Source: Octopus sinensis (taxonomy: Eukaryota). Taken from it: 64,000 nt of DNA. How positions within the stretch are numbered: the stretch's first letter is position 1; each line of letters starts with the position of its first letter. This document shows positions 26,709-39,207 of the stretch, piece by piece. Where the stretch lies: NCBI RefSeq assembly GCF_006345805.1, contig NC_043017.1, positions 744,001-808,000 of the forward strand, in the 5' to 3' direction. The position numbers were made by a program, and so were the translations under genes. The notes beneath the pieces are model-generated. The model saw nothing but the letters and a program-made list of their open reading frames with translations. It was not told the origin of the DNA and did not search any database.

Positions 26709-27172
26709 AAATATTAAAATAACTAAGTCTCTCTAAAAGAGAACAGCGGCAGCGTTCCCGGAAATTAATAGTTATCGCCATACTAATATGGCATTCTTAT
26801 AAAAATAACTATTATTTTCCGGGAACGCTGCCGCTGTTCTCTTTTAGAGAGACTGAGTTATTTTAATATTTCTATTATTGAAAACAAGTGGATGTATTCC
26901 ACCGAAACTAGGTAAATAAAACCATCGAACAGAGATTGTCGGAAGCGACACCTACTGGCTGGCTACGCTGCATTGAAAAGGGGGCAATACCCCGAAACGC
27001 GTCTGTAGCTGCCGGTCAAGTAGTGTGGAGCGACTGACCTCCCTTGTTCGAAGGTTATATGGATACAGTTTGTGTATCAAATAGCTAACTTAAGGCGATG
27101 GCCTCATGGAGCTAATAAGCGGACAGCTTTTTCTTATTTTTATAAGAATGCCATATTAGTATGGCGATAACT
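26709..27172 (+). mobile_element. Hammerhead-bearing short element (family H1; PLE pseudo-LTR or retrozyme-like) with 5' snap-back inversion, inside (TA)n
   Basis: One 362-nt unit (ATAACT at 26805 to ATAACT at 27167) is preceded by an inverted partial copy (arms 26709-26775 and 26805-26871). Near-identical to 58672-59272 and flanked by (TA)n on both sides. Confidence 0.85.
26967..27009 (+). ncRNA. Minimal type-I hammerhead ribozyme, U3-A8 variant
   Basis: GCUGCA / UUGAAAA / GGGG-GCAAUA-CCCC / GAA / ACGCGU / C / UGUAGC: 6-bp stem I, 4-bp stem II, palindromic stem III. Predicted GUC cleavage after 27003. Confidence 0.75.
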
Positions 27173-27197
27173 ATATATATATGTATGTATGTGTATG

Positions 27198-27420
<223 letters not shown>

Positions 27421-28008
27421 GAGTGGCAGCCGGGAGAAATTACAGATACACAAACGGAGGAGGATGTGAACGAAGCCGTAGACTCGAGAAGGAATACACA
27501 AGAAAAGAAGGAGAACGAGAGGAAAAAGAAATGTATATAGAAGAAATATGGGGGAAAAACGTAGACAGTAAGTATAATTACGAGTGAAATGCAACTAATG
27601 TTTAAAAAAAATGTTAATTGAACTGCGAATGAATTGAGAATTGAACCTGCGTTATTTGTTTTGAAACAGTGTAAAAAAAAAGGAAAAAATTTAATGCTTA
27701 GAAAAAAGAAAAAATAGAAAAGGAAAATAGAAAGACTAATGTGAACAATTAATGATATATTTTATACGATAATGATAAGAAGACCATCGTGGTTGCGCCT
27801 CACAATGAGACCCGATGGTATTGAGGATTAATGTGAAATTTTCAAGGTTCGTCTCGCAGCGGGAGTGAGTCGAACCGTCTCATTCCCATTATTGTTAATC
27901 ATTCCAACAATCATATATCATTTGTTTTATGTTCCCGTTTGTCTTGCTATGTCCGCTCTGTATGCAGGCCTTGTGCCTATAATAAAGAGAAAAGCAAGCC
28001 AGGCTACT

Positions 28009-28048
28009 CCAGACTGATGACGAGCAAGAATCAGAAACATGTCTCTGG
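28009..28048 (+). ncRNA. Minimal type-I hammerhead candidate (family H3)
   Basis: CCAGA / CUGAUGA / CGAGCAAGAAUCA / GAA / ACAUGU / C / UCUGG: perfect 5-bp stem I, intact core, palindromic stem III and a GUC site. Stem II is weak. Confidence 0.6.
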
Positions 28049-28229
28049 TAGCAGGCTTAGCTGGATGGGGGTGCTTGTCTCCCCTTTGTAAACATAAGGA
28101 CACAGGAAATTGCCAAGGCCGTCAGGAAGCGTTGATGCTTCCTAGGGCTAAATAGCGGTGGTGTGATTCCCTTTGTGGGACTGTCACGTTAAGTTGACAA
28201 CATACAACTGGTCTCTCTTTTCTCTCTCT

Positions 28230-28230
28230 G

Positions 28231-28294
<64 letters not shown>

Positions 28295-28358
28295 ATATAT
28301 ATATATTATATATACATATATATATATATATACATATATATATATGATATATATATAC

Positions 28359-28389
<31 letters not shown>

Positions 28390-28487
28390 CATATATACAT
28401 ATATATATTATACATATATATACATATATATATATACATAATATATATATATATATATATACATATATAATATATATATACTATACA

Positions 28488-28528
<41 letters not shown>

Positions 28529-28541
28529 TATATATATATAT

Positions 28542-28601
<60 letters not shown>

Positions 28602-28665
28602 TATATATATATATATACTATATATATATATATATATCTATATATATATATATATATATATATAC
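28230..28665. repeat. (TA)n microsatellite
   Basis: About 430 bp of TA with sporadic interruptions. Confidence 0.95.
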
Positions 28666-29509
28666 ACTAGCGGATCTCTTGGAAATTCCACAGATGGAAA
28701 AAAAGTTAAGATAATGTATTTAAGAAAAAAGGAATTATCTGCTTTTTTATTCTTATTTTGCTAACTTATTTCACTTCGAGTGACAATAATATATCATATG
28801 CTTTTAAAATGTCCCTCTGCTAAGCACGTTATATTTCTATCTTTCTCTTCACGCTATAAATTTCAGTAACAAAGCCAATTTCATTTCATTTCAGTCCAGC
28901 TGTTTGTTTTAAATATCTACTTCTTCCCGCTATCGATGTACTCTCTTCTGACAAGACAAACGCTATCTACTTCTCTCCCTGATTGTCTTCCGTGTTCATC
29001 TCACTCTACATTATTTTTAACCTGACCACCAGAACATCATCCTCTTTATCTAAACATTGTATTCTAATCATATCTCTTTTCCTATACCTTTCCCTCTCTA
29101 CCATACAATACATCGTCAATACTTCTCTTTTTCTCTCTTTTCTCTCACCGTCTTTTGCTCTCGCTCTTAGCCTTTCCTTTCACCTAATCGCTGGAGCATT
29201 CCCTAGTTCTTCCTCAAGTTTTCCTTCTCTATTCACACTCCATACATACACTACTTCTCTAACTGAAGTAAAACGGCCGAACGAGCTGGCAATTATATAT
29301 ATATATATATATATATATAGATAGATTAGTGCACGTCCGGGTAAAGAACACGTCTCTACTGAGAACAGTTACAGAATTGTTACACCCAAGACAAGAAGTG
29401 CATATCATTATTGAAGCCAAAGTACAAAAGAATTTATCTGAGAACCACATCTATGTGTGTGTGCATGTGTTTGTGTGTGTGTGTCTGCGTTTGTATTTAT
29501 GTATCTGTA

Positions 29510-29673
29510 ACTATGTGATAAGAAACTTGCTTCCCAACCACATGGTTCTAGGTTCAGTACCACTGCGCAGCACCTTGGGCAAGTGCCTTCTACTATAGCC
29601 TCGGGCCGACCAAAGCCTTGTGAGGGGTTTTGGTAGACGGAAACGGAAAGAAGCCCGTCGTAAATAAATACAA

Positions 29674-29728
<55 letters not shown>

Positions 29729-29902
29729 TGTTTGTCCCCACAACATCGCTTGACAGCCGATGCTGGAGTGTTTACGTCTCCGTAACTTAGTGGTTCGGCA
29801 AAAGAAAGCGATAGAATATGTACTAGGCTTACAAATAATTTGCTCGAATAAAGGCGGTGCTCCAGCATAGCCACTGTGGAATGACCGAAACAAGTAAAAG
29901 AG
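29510..29902 (+). mobile_element. SINE family K, near full length
   Basis: CCCAACCACATGGTTCTAGGTTCAGTACC, CACCTTGGGCAAGTG, internal (TA)(TG)n and a 3' GCGGTGCTCCAGCAT...GAAACAAGTAAAAGAG end. Confidence 0.9.
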
Positions 29903-30993
29903 CAAACCCCTTTTAGACATACGACAATGAAAGAATGCGAAGTACGAAAAAAACGAACGAAGTTGTCCGACACAAAATTATCTGAATTAATTCAAAAAAT
30001 ATTTTATTGCAACTCTATTCTTCAACTATTTTTGATTAACGTTTCTGAATTTTGAATAAATTTTAAGTTTTATCAGACATATGTCTATAAAATGCACTAG
30101 ATAGAAGAAAAAAAACGTACGAATTTTTCTGACAACACTTGTCTTTCTATTCATCAATAGAAATATATAATTATTTGTCTCAACAATATATAATGTAAAG
30201 CTATAGTTTCGATGTTCTTGTCTTGTTAATGCTTAAAAAAATACTTGGAATTAATAAACCCGTTATGTATTAGTCTCAAGCACGAAATTCAATAAAGGAA
30301 TCACCATTTTTTTCGTTTTGTCACAACACTTCTTTCAACTAAAGAAAATATGTTGTATTTTGCTTTTTATTTCTTCTCAAAATAAAAGTAATAATTAAAT
30401 AGACATCACAAAGATACACAAACAATGGCTAACAAAAGCCAGTGTCCTTTCGTTTGGCTTTCGTTTTCTTTTCGTTTATTTTTTATTTCGTTCGATCGAA
30501 TGTGAAGATTATAAAGAAAAACATACGTAAAATTAAAAAATAAATAGAAAAGAAAACAGCAACAAAAAAAACATTATGATAACAATCAATAACTAGTAAA
30601 TAAATAATAAGAATTTTAGCCATTGTCTGAAATACGAAGATACTTCGTTTTTTTTTTTGTCTGTATGAAAAAACGAAAGCATAATATTCCGTGGAAATAT
30701 TGTGAATAGCATATATGTGTGTCAGTATATTATATAGCTGTGTGTGAGTGTGTGTGTGCGCGCATGTGTGTTTGTGTGCGAGTATGAATGTGAGCAGGTA
30801 TGTATACATTTGATTATATATATATATAGATATTAGCAGACAGGCTTATGTGTGAGGGGTTGTTTGCTTATACGTTTGATACATATTGGGCACATACATA
30901 CACAGGCACGCATATGTTTGTGTGTGTGTGTGGGTCTATGGTACCGAAAGCTTTCAGTGCGTTATGTCAGTTACACTCTGCGTCCTTTTGCCC

Positions 30994-31207
30994 TAGGCAA
31001 TGCTGAAAAGTTCCTGATTTTGGGTATTAGAAAATACAGGAAGATCAGTTAATTATGATTTTATCTAGCACATTCCCATCTGCGATTCCCACATTGCAGC
31101 AGTCCCTCACTTCCTCTAAGCCCTGCAAAAAAACTCTGATGACTGGCGCTCCAACCAGGCTTTCCGCGATAACCTTAAAGCCAGTAAATGTTTCAAAACT
31201 CCGCGTA
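30994..31207. mobile_element. Degenerate Tc1/mariner-type MITE
   Basis: Imperfect termini TGCTGAAAAGTTCCTGATTT and AAAGCCAGTAAATGTTTCAAAACTCCGCG|TA; about 215 bp with no ORF. Confidence 0.45.
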
Positions 31208-31211
31208 TACA

Positions 31212-31275
<64 letters not shown>

Positions 31276-32001
31276 AACAAAGAGAGGGAGACAGAGAGAG
31301 AAAGAGACAGAGAATTAGATAGATCGATAAAGGACATATATATTTTGTAAATGATTTTTTCTGTTTTCGAGTATCCAGAAATATGCTAGTTATGAGAATT
31401 GAGATAATTCAATGGTTTACACGAGTAACTTTAAGTAGACATTTTGGGTTTTAGACTCTCTCAGGAAAAAATAAATGTGAAATGTATTGTTGCGAGGCAA
31501 ATATTCTACTCTCTTGTTTGTATTTATATGTGCGTGTGTAGAATAGGTTCTTACAATAATTCTGATTGACATTGCGTTACTTACCCCAAAGGAAACGCTT
31601 TCACGTTATTAGAGAAAAAGAGGGAGAAAGAAAAGGAAAGAGAAAAGAGGGTGGGTGAAAGAAAAGGGAAAAGAAAAGCAGCGATGGAGGGAGAAAAGGA
31701 AAGAGAAAAGTGGGAGGGAGAAGAGATGGAGAGAGAATTGTCCATGACGTGAGGTTAAGGGAATATAATTGTTGAAGGGAAAGAAAGGAGAAAAGAAAAG
31801 GAGAGAGAAAAAGAGGATAAGCCGAAGAGTGAGCCAGAAAGACAGGACAAAGTAAAAAAAGGGAAAGAAAAGCGTCCATGACGTAAGGTAGGGGGAAAAT
31901 AATTTTTATTAGGTGGTTAAAAAGTTTGTTGAAGGTGGAGGAGATTTTAAAATGTAATTTCAGCAGAAGGGTGTTGTTCTGATGGCGGGGTTAAGGAAAA
32001 G

Positions 32002-32051
<50 letters not shown>

Positions 32052-32387
32052 GAAAAAAAAATCAAAAAATAGGAGTGAATAATTATTTTTTGAATCGTGT
32101 GTTTTGAATCTATAAAATTGTGAATAAACTAAGAAGATATAAAATGTAAGTATGAAGCGCATTAAGTAATCATCGAATCCCAATCTCTTTCACTTTTCAA
32201 TGAGTAGCAGATGAGCGACTATCTTTCCATACAGACACAACACAGGCTTTTTGTAGATACAGTTTTCAGAAATAACCCAGTAGATTTATCATTAATCCCG
32301 TGAAATATTCACGGGTCCTGCTTGTTGCTATGAAAGCTAATCAGCTGCGTGCAACTACCTTCTGTTGTTAATATAGTATTTGATCTA

Positions 32388-32620
32388 AAGGCGGCGAGCT
32401 GGCAGAAACGTTAGCACGACGGGCGAAATGCGTAACCGTATTTTGTCTGCCGTTAAGTTCTGAGTTCAAATTCCGCCGAGGTCGACATTGCCTTTCATCC
32501 TTTCAGGGTCAATAAATTAAGTACCAGTTACGCACTGACGTCGATATAATCGACTTAATCTGTTTGTCTGTCCTTATTTGTCCCCTCTATGTTTAGCCCC
32601 TTGTGGGCAATAAAGAAGTA
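32388..32620 (+). mobile_element. tRNA-derived SINE family G, full length
   Basis: AAGGCGGCGAGCTGGCAGAAACGTTAGC...GAGTTCAAATTCCGCC (B box)...GTCAATAAATTAAGTACCAG...TTGTGGGCAATAAAGAA. Matches 42406-42640. Confidence 0.9.
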
Positions 32621-32714
32621 AGAATGGTTAGAACGCCAGGCTGAATTCTTAGCGGCATTTCGCCTGTCTTTACGTTCTGCGGACGACTTCCGCCGACGTT
32701 TCCGCAACTACTCT

Positions 32715-33210
32715 TTGGACAAATTAGGCCTCTATGCAAACACCGATAGACCACGGGCCAGAATACCTATCGACTACGCTGGACCAGTGAACTGCGCATA
32801 CTATCTAATCGTTGCCGATGGCTATACAAAGTGGCCACCGGCATGCAGATGCAATAAATACACAGCAAAGTCAACTATAGAGTTCCTACTTGAGTTATTT
32901 TCTCGATATGGTGTTCGTGACACGTTAGCTTCAGATACTGGAACACTATTCGCGGGATATGAATTCAGAAATTTCTACAAAATTCATGCCATAAAGCACA
33001 TCCTTATCGAGGTCAAATGGTCAGAGGGAAAGTTTTGTCGGCACGTCCAAAAGAACTCTAAGAAAAGGTAGGAACCAGGTAGATAATGACGAGGCATTAA
33101 CGAAATGTTTGAGAGTATATAGAATAACACCGAATCCAAATACTAAATCAGCAAAGTTACCCGAAGTGTTAATGTTCGCTTGTAAAATAAAATGTTTGGA
33201 GGTATTTAAT
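32715..33210 (+). pseudogene. Ty3/gypsy-type LTR retrotransposon integrase core remnant
   Basis: RIPIDYAGPVNCAYYLIVADGYTKWP...LELFSRYGVRDTLASDTGTLF...EF, then (frameshift) SNGQRESFVGTSKRTLRK...CLRVYRITPN. This is the rve core pattern IHIDYAGP / VDAYSKWP / SDNG / SNGQAERFV. Confidence 0.9.
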
Positions 33211-33313
33211 CCGTCATCCTGTCCTGAGTTCAAATTCCGCCTAAGTTGATTTACCAAAATTTCAGGCCTTGTGCCTTTATTAGAAATGAAATGATGATTA
33301 TTATTATTAATAC

Positions 33314-33387
<74 letters not shown>

Positions 33388-33388
<1 letters not shown>

Positions 33389-33600
33389 AGGCGGCAGAGC
33401 TGGCAGAATCATTAGCATGCTGGGCGACATACTTCGCGTCATTTCGTCTGTCTTCGTGTTCTGAGATCAAATGCCGCCGGCGTCGACTTTGCTTCTAAAC
33501 CCTTGGGTCCGATAATTTAAGTACCAGTCAAACACTGGGGTTAATGTAATCGATCAGTCCGCTCCTCACAAATTTCAGGCCTTGTGCCTATAACAGAATG
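33388..33600 (+). mobile_element. SINE family G copy after (ATT)n
   Basis: AAAGGCGGCAGAGCTGGCAGAATCATTAGC head; tail AAATTTCAGGCCTTGTGCCTATA. Confidence 0.8.
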
Positions 33601-33822
33601 GAAATTTCATTTATATTACTGTTCTCGTTGTTGTTGTTGTTGATATTGTTGTTTTTGCTATAAGTTGCAGTATTGGCATTTTTTTTTTAAAACCAGCCCA
33701 AAACCTCCATTGGGCTGAGCAGACGCACGTGGGGAATAGTCCCACGGCATTCACCATTTTGAATCAATTCTCCTGTCAGAGAATATTAAAGCAAAACATT
33801 TCAATCCGGATAGTTCTTCCCA

Positions 33823-33920
33823 AGAAGAAGAGGAAGAAGAAGAAGAAGAGGAAGAGGAAGAAGAAGAAAAAGAAGAAGAAGAAGAAGAAGTAGAAGAAGA
33901 AGAAGAAGAAGAAGAAGGAG
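33823..33920. repeat. (AAG)n microsatellite
   Basis: AAG/GAG trinucleotide run. Confidence 0.9.
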
Positions 33921-34974
33921 GAGGTTATCATTTCTAGCAAATTGGGCGACCCCCTATTGCTTTTCTTAATAAGCCTGCCTGTCTCCAAACATAAAGTAGA
34001 CATTATATAATACTATAATCTCTGACTTGGCACGCATTTCCTGACAGAATTACATCCAGGAAGCTGACAATAAGGAATTATCACGCTGTAAAGGTTGATT
34101 GATGAGGTGGTGAACACGTATTGATCAGGACGTGCGGCTATTAATCCTGCTATTCAAACAGTCTCTTATCAACATTCAAATATCCTTGCCACTTTATATT
34201 GTTTAGACTCGTCTTACAGTTACAATCATCTCGACTTTTATTTAGAAAACTAATTTCTATAGCGATTCTTCATCTTACCTTGATCTTATGCCTTCACAGG
34301 TATAGGTACATCATAAAGTCTAAAAGATTACACCTAACCTTGTATAAGATTATGCACACACGCACACCCACGCACTCACAAACACATATACAGGTATGTG
34401 CGTGTATGTGAGAGAGAGATTTACATAGATAGATAGAGATATATACAAACTTGCTTATAATTTATGTTTGAGATCTGGCGTTAGCAGTTGTAATAATGAG
34501 CAGTTGTTGATGGAATGGATATATTACGTTAATGTTTTACTTTTGTTCCTTGGCTATTAATTCCTAACCACTTTTCTGCCTTTAACGCTGTTAATACCAT
34601 TGGATAGAATGATATCTCCCATGTGTCAAAACCATAATGATATCCGATGTGCAGCTGATGATAATAATATATATGTTAAATACAGATGTTATCTGTGAAA
34701 ATTTATAACTTGTGGTCTCTTTGCTATAAGTATTCCTTTATCCCTTAACCGGTAGCATGGGGTCAACATAACCCCAGCCTTATTCAAAACACCAGATGAT
34801 TCAAACTGACAGGTTTTACGATTCAATATTGCATTCTTTTTAAAGCTCTTATTAACATTTTACAGTTTTGCAATTCTGTCTCTGTTGTTATTATTATTAT
34901 GATTCCATTATTAGGGTCGATGTCAAATTGTCACTATCGCACCATGTATGTTATAAATATATAATTCTTTGATT

Positions 34975-35190
34975 TCAGGTTCTGTTGAGGCTAGAGGTTA
35001 GAAAAGACGATTTTGATGATGAATTGAGCTGGCGTGAAAGTGAACCCGAACTTACTGCCCTATGAGTTTCAAATAGTGAAGAAAGTGCAAGTGGTTTAGA
35101 ACATGGAGAGAACCAAGATACTGTTGGTCAAGAAGTTCGAGGAAACATACAAAACGCGCACAAAAGAAAAACCCAGAAATATATTTAGAT
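34975..35190 (+). other. Possible decayed acidic coding fragment (transposase N-terminus-like)
   Basis: DDFDDELSWRESEPELTAL*VSNSEESASGLEHGENQDTVGQEV. Composition only, no diagnostic motif. Confidence 0.2.
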
Positions 35191-35639
35191 TATTCTTTGT
35201 ATTTTAGTAATTGAGTGAGCGCCTACAAAAGACAAAGCTGCCAGAGCGAAGGAACATCGGTGGTATTAGATAGAAAAGTGAAGGAGAGGAATTTAAGAAC
35301 AGCCGTCCTCATCGACGTCATTCAAGAAAACAGTGTGAGAATGTAATGTCGGCATCGACTGCGGAGCGGCGGCGGCGGCAGGATTCGGGAAGTTAACGGG
35401 GGGGGGGAGCGAGAGGAGTAGAGGAAGGTAAAGGAAATCGTTGGAAGTATGGCATACAAAGAAATCATGTAAAACAATAGAGAAAGAGAGAGGGAGAGAG
35501 AGAGAGCGAAAGCGAAACGAAAGAGAAGATTAAACTGGTGGATGGGTGGTGGGGAGAGAAAGTATGAGAAACATAGAAAGAGAAACTTCGAGAGGTACAG
35601 AGGCTACAGAAGGGTCAGCAGCAGCAACCTTATGATCAT

Positions 35640-35670
<31 letters not shown>

Positions 35671-36566
35671 AGCATCATTATCATCATCATCATCAGCAGG
35701 AGAGGAAATAGTAGTAATAATAATAATAGTAGTAGTAGTGGTAGTGGTAATAGTAGAAGTTGTAGTAGTGGCGTAGCTGCTGATTCTTTAATAGAAAGAT
35801 GAAGATGGCTGTGTGCACTAGAAATGTTAAAATGAAATAAACTCAAAGATGTGTGTGTGAGTGCATGTGTTTCCTACTTCTATATATATATATATATCAT
35901 ACATATAGATACATATATATGTTTAACTGTATGTATGTATCTATATATGTTTTGTATGTATGCGTGTATATATTAAACTAAACGACAAATCAGATTATAC
36001 TAAACAGTAAAAGCCAAATAAAACAGAATACATTTAAAATATAGAATAAACTTGGTTGATAATTTACTAATTGATATTAACTGAATCAAATTTCTATAGA
36101 ATTTATGAAACTTCAATAGGAATTAAAACGTTTGTTATTCATGCAAACAGTAAAAGGAAAAAAAATTAAACAAGACTTTATTTCGAGTGTTTTAATTTCA
36201 ATACATAAAAGCTAACCTGTAATTTTTTTATATCCACCATTTTGTTGTATACGCTTTAGTTATTTACTTAGTTGTTAGAGTAAGACAAACATTAGTATGA
36301 TGTGTGTGTATTTACTTACGTATGTGTGTGTATGTTTTGTATGTATGCATTCGTACTTACATAAATGTATGGGATATATCACCACACATATATACACACA
36401 CATGTATATCTTTTATCTAGCGATTTAAACGCATATAATTAGGTATATATATATGTATATATATATATATATAATATGTATATATATATATATATACATA
36501 CATATATATATATGCCTACCAATATACATATATAAGATCATACCTATATACATATATATATGTATG

Positions 36567-36599
<33 letters not shown>

Positions 36600-36627
36600 G
36601 TATATATATATACCACACACACACTCA

Positions 36628-36691
<64 letters not shown>

Positions 36692-38108
36692 TGGATGTGT
36701 GATTAGTTTATATATCTATGTCTATATATTCATTTATATATTTTCTTTTATTCTACTATGCTGGTATCTTCGTATCTTTCTATTAATTTTCACAGACATA
36801 CACGCAAACAATCGCGGACACGCACACTACCGTGTGCAAATTTGCTTGCGTGTATAGAACAGTCCAACTCTATAAGTGTCAAAAGCTGTCTACGGTTGAT
36901 GATAACAAGCAACACTCTTTTATCAAATTTACTCGTGTCGAGTGTAAATCTAAAACCATGAAAATGGGGTCGGCAGCCGTTTAGAATCGATATTTTAGGT
37001 CAATAAATCAAAGTGACAGAAAAATACTAGGTTTGGTGCAATCAAGCTGATCCTGCCCTTAAAATTGCTGATCAAAAACATTCTAAAACGAAAGAAATCT
37101 GAGTTCTCTGAAAACTTATTTTTCATATGAAGTCTTCATTTTATTCGTAATGCGCATGTGTCACCTGATTCGTTACAAAATTTCTAAAGTTTTATTCATC
37201 GTATGAATTCTTCATCATATTCGTTATAAGAAATATTCATTTTATTTGTTACGTAATTTTTCATCTTATTCGCTGTATGATCCATCATCTTATTCGTTAT
37301 GTGAATTTTTAATTATCTTCATTATAAATATTCCCCATTTTATTATATGAATTCTCCATTTTATCCTTTAAATGAATGTTATTCATTGAGTGTTGTCAAC
37401 GTTAGCTTCAGGGCATTCCCTGATTTCATGTGTGTTCTGTATTGCATGTATAAAATTTAAGATATAAATTAAGATATATATATTGAAAATTATGGAATGG
37501 TTTCGATAAAATGCCGGCTACATGTTTCATAGCTAGTAGAACATCGGAAGTAGTAAATGACAAAACGATGGGTATACCGCTAGCCACTCGTCCGGACAAG
37601 TTAACTTGAATGAAATTAACGTTGTCTTCAAGGGATCCCATGTTCCATCGGAGGAGATTCAATCGCAGATTCCACGGATGTCCTGCGAGTTAACAAGGGA
37701 TCTCTTCACTACAATGTAAACTACAATTCATTAAGGTATCTTTCGCACGACGAGTAGTTTGCGTATCACCCGCCTTTGGATGATTATTTCCGAGGTGCTG
37801 CTATCTATGAAATATATGGAGCCTGGCTTTTATCTATTCCATTGCCTAATTTTGGATATTTAATCACATAGAATTTAACCCCAGCTGCTAACCGTTAGCT
37901 TTAAAAGGATTTTTTTGTTTAGATTATCGAATATTGATATGGGAAACACTTACAACTCTCTAGGTCAATAAACCGCCATTCTTTCTGAATATTATTTTTC
38001 ATTACCTATACACACCTCTCGAAGATTACTAATTTCGTACGCCTTAATCCTTGGATCTTACCTTTACTTATATACGTATATACATGCATACATATATAGC
38101 ATGTGATC

Positions 38109-38166
<58 letters not shown>

Positions 38167-38248
38167 GGTCCCGGGTTGATTCGGGGTTAACCACAGTAAA
38201 TAAGGTACTCAATACATAGCAGAGTAAAATTAATTTATTATATAGAAG

Positions 38249-38300
38249 GAGCTTCTACAGGACTAGAACTGTTTCATTCAAGAGAAATCTTCAGGAAGCT
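38249..38300 (-). ncRNA. Mirror hammerhead copy on the minus strand
   Basis: Exact reverse complement of the plus-strand ribozyme within the 67-bp arm. Confidence 0.65.
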
Positions 38301-38307
38301 TCCTGTT

Positions 38308-38360
38308 GAGCTTCCTGAAGATTTCTCTTGAATGAAACAGTTCTAGTCCTGTAGAAGCTC
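38308..38360 (+). ncRNA. Type-I hammerhead ribozyme candidate
   Basis: GAGCUUC / CUGAAGA / U-UUC-UCUU-GAA-U / GAA / ACAG-UUCUAGUC-CUGU / A / GAAGCUC: 7-bp stem I, canonical core, 4-bp stem III. Predicted GUA cleavage after 38353. Confidence 0.7.
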
Positions 38361-38372
38361 CTTCTATATAAT

Positions 38373-38424
<52 letters not shown>

Positions 38425-38430
38425 TATATA

Positions 38431-38562
38431 TCGCCACCACCCACTGCCGGAGCTTTAAGGTGTTTTCACTCAATAAACACTCGCAACGCCCTGTCTGGGA
38501 ATCGAAACTGCGATCCTACGACCGCGAGTCCGCTGCCCTAACCACAGGGCCATTGCGCCTCC
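38431..38562 (-). mobile_element. SINE family B, 5' part
   Basis: Minus strand GGAGGCGCAATGGCCCTGTGGTTAGGGCAGCGGACTCGCGGTCGTAGGATCGCAGTTTCGATTCCC (A/B boxes). Confidence 0.85.
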
Positions 38563-39145
38563 ACCAACACACACACACACATATTTAGCGTCTGGGGAGA
38601 GTCATTTTCTTTTAGTGACTTCTTATTTAAAACACTCGCCAGTAAGATTTCCACTCATTTATTTATTTTTCCTAAAGTTTCCGTTGCAATCACACACACA
38701 AACATAAAAACACAGAAACATGAGCACACTAACACATGACTATGCAGAACACATACAAACGTACACACATATATACCTACATATATATATATATATACAT
38801 ACATATATACACACATATATATATATATATATACGCACAAACACATCCATGCATACGTACACACGAATGCGCACGCACACTATCCCATACACAGGCGCAC
38901 AAGCTCTGGTAACTGACACAATCAATGACAATTGAAATGTTGCAAGACGCAACGAAAAGTGTAGGAAAAATAAATAAGTAAATGAGTGGAAACTTTACCG
39001 GTGAGTGTGTTAAATTATAAGGCACTAAACGAGAATCACTCTCCCCAGACACCACAAAATATGCTTCAAGACACGAACTCACGTAAAGTATCTTGCAAAC
39101 CAAAACCGAAGTGCATATATATATATGTATATATATATATATATG

Positions 39146-39207
<62 letters not shown>

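Larger units (their letters stand above)
38165..38378. mobile_element. Hammerhead-bearing fold-back element (family H2) in (TA)n
   Basis: Perfect 67-bp inverted repeat (38234-38300 and 38309-38375, 8-nt loop) plus a ~70-bp left extension; (TA)n on both sides. Confidence 0.85.
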
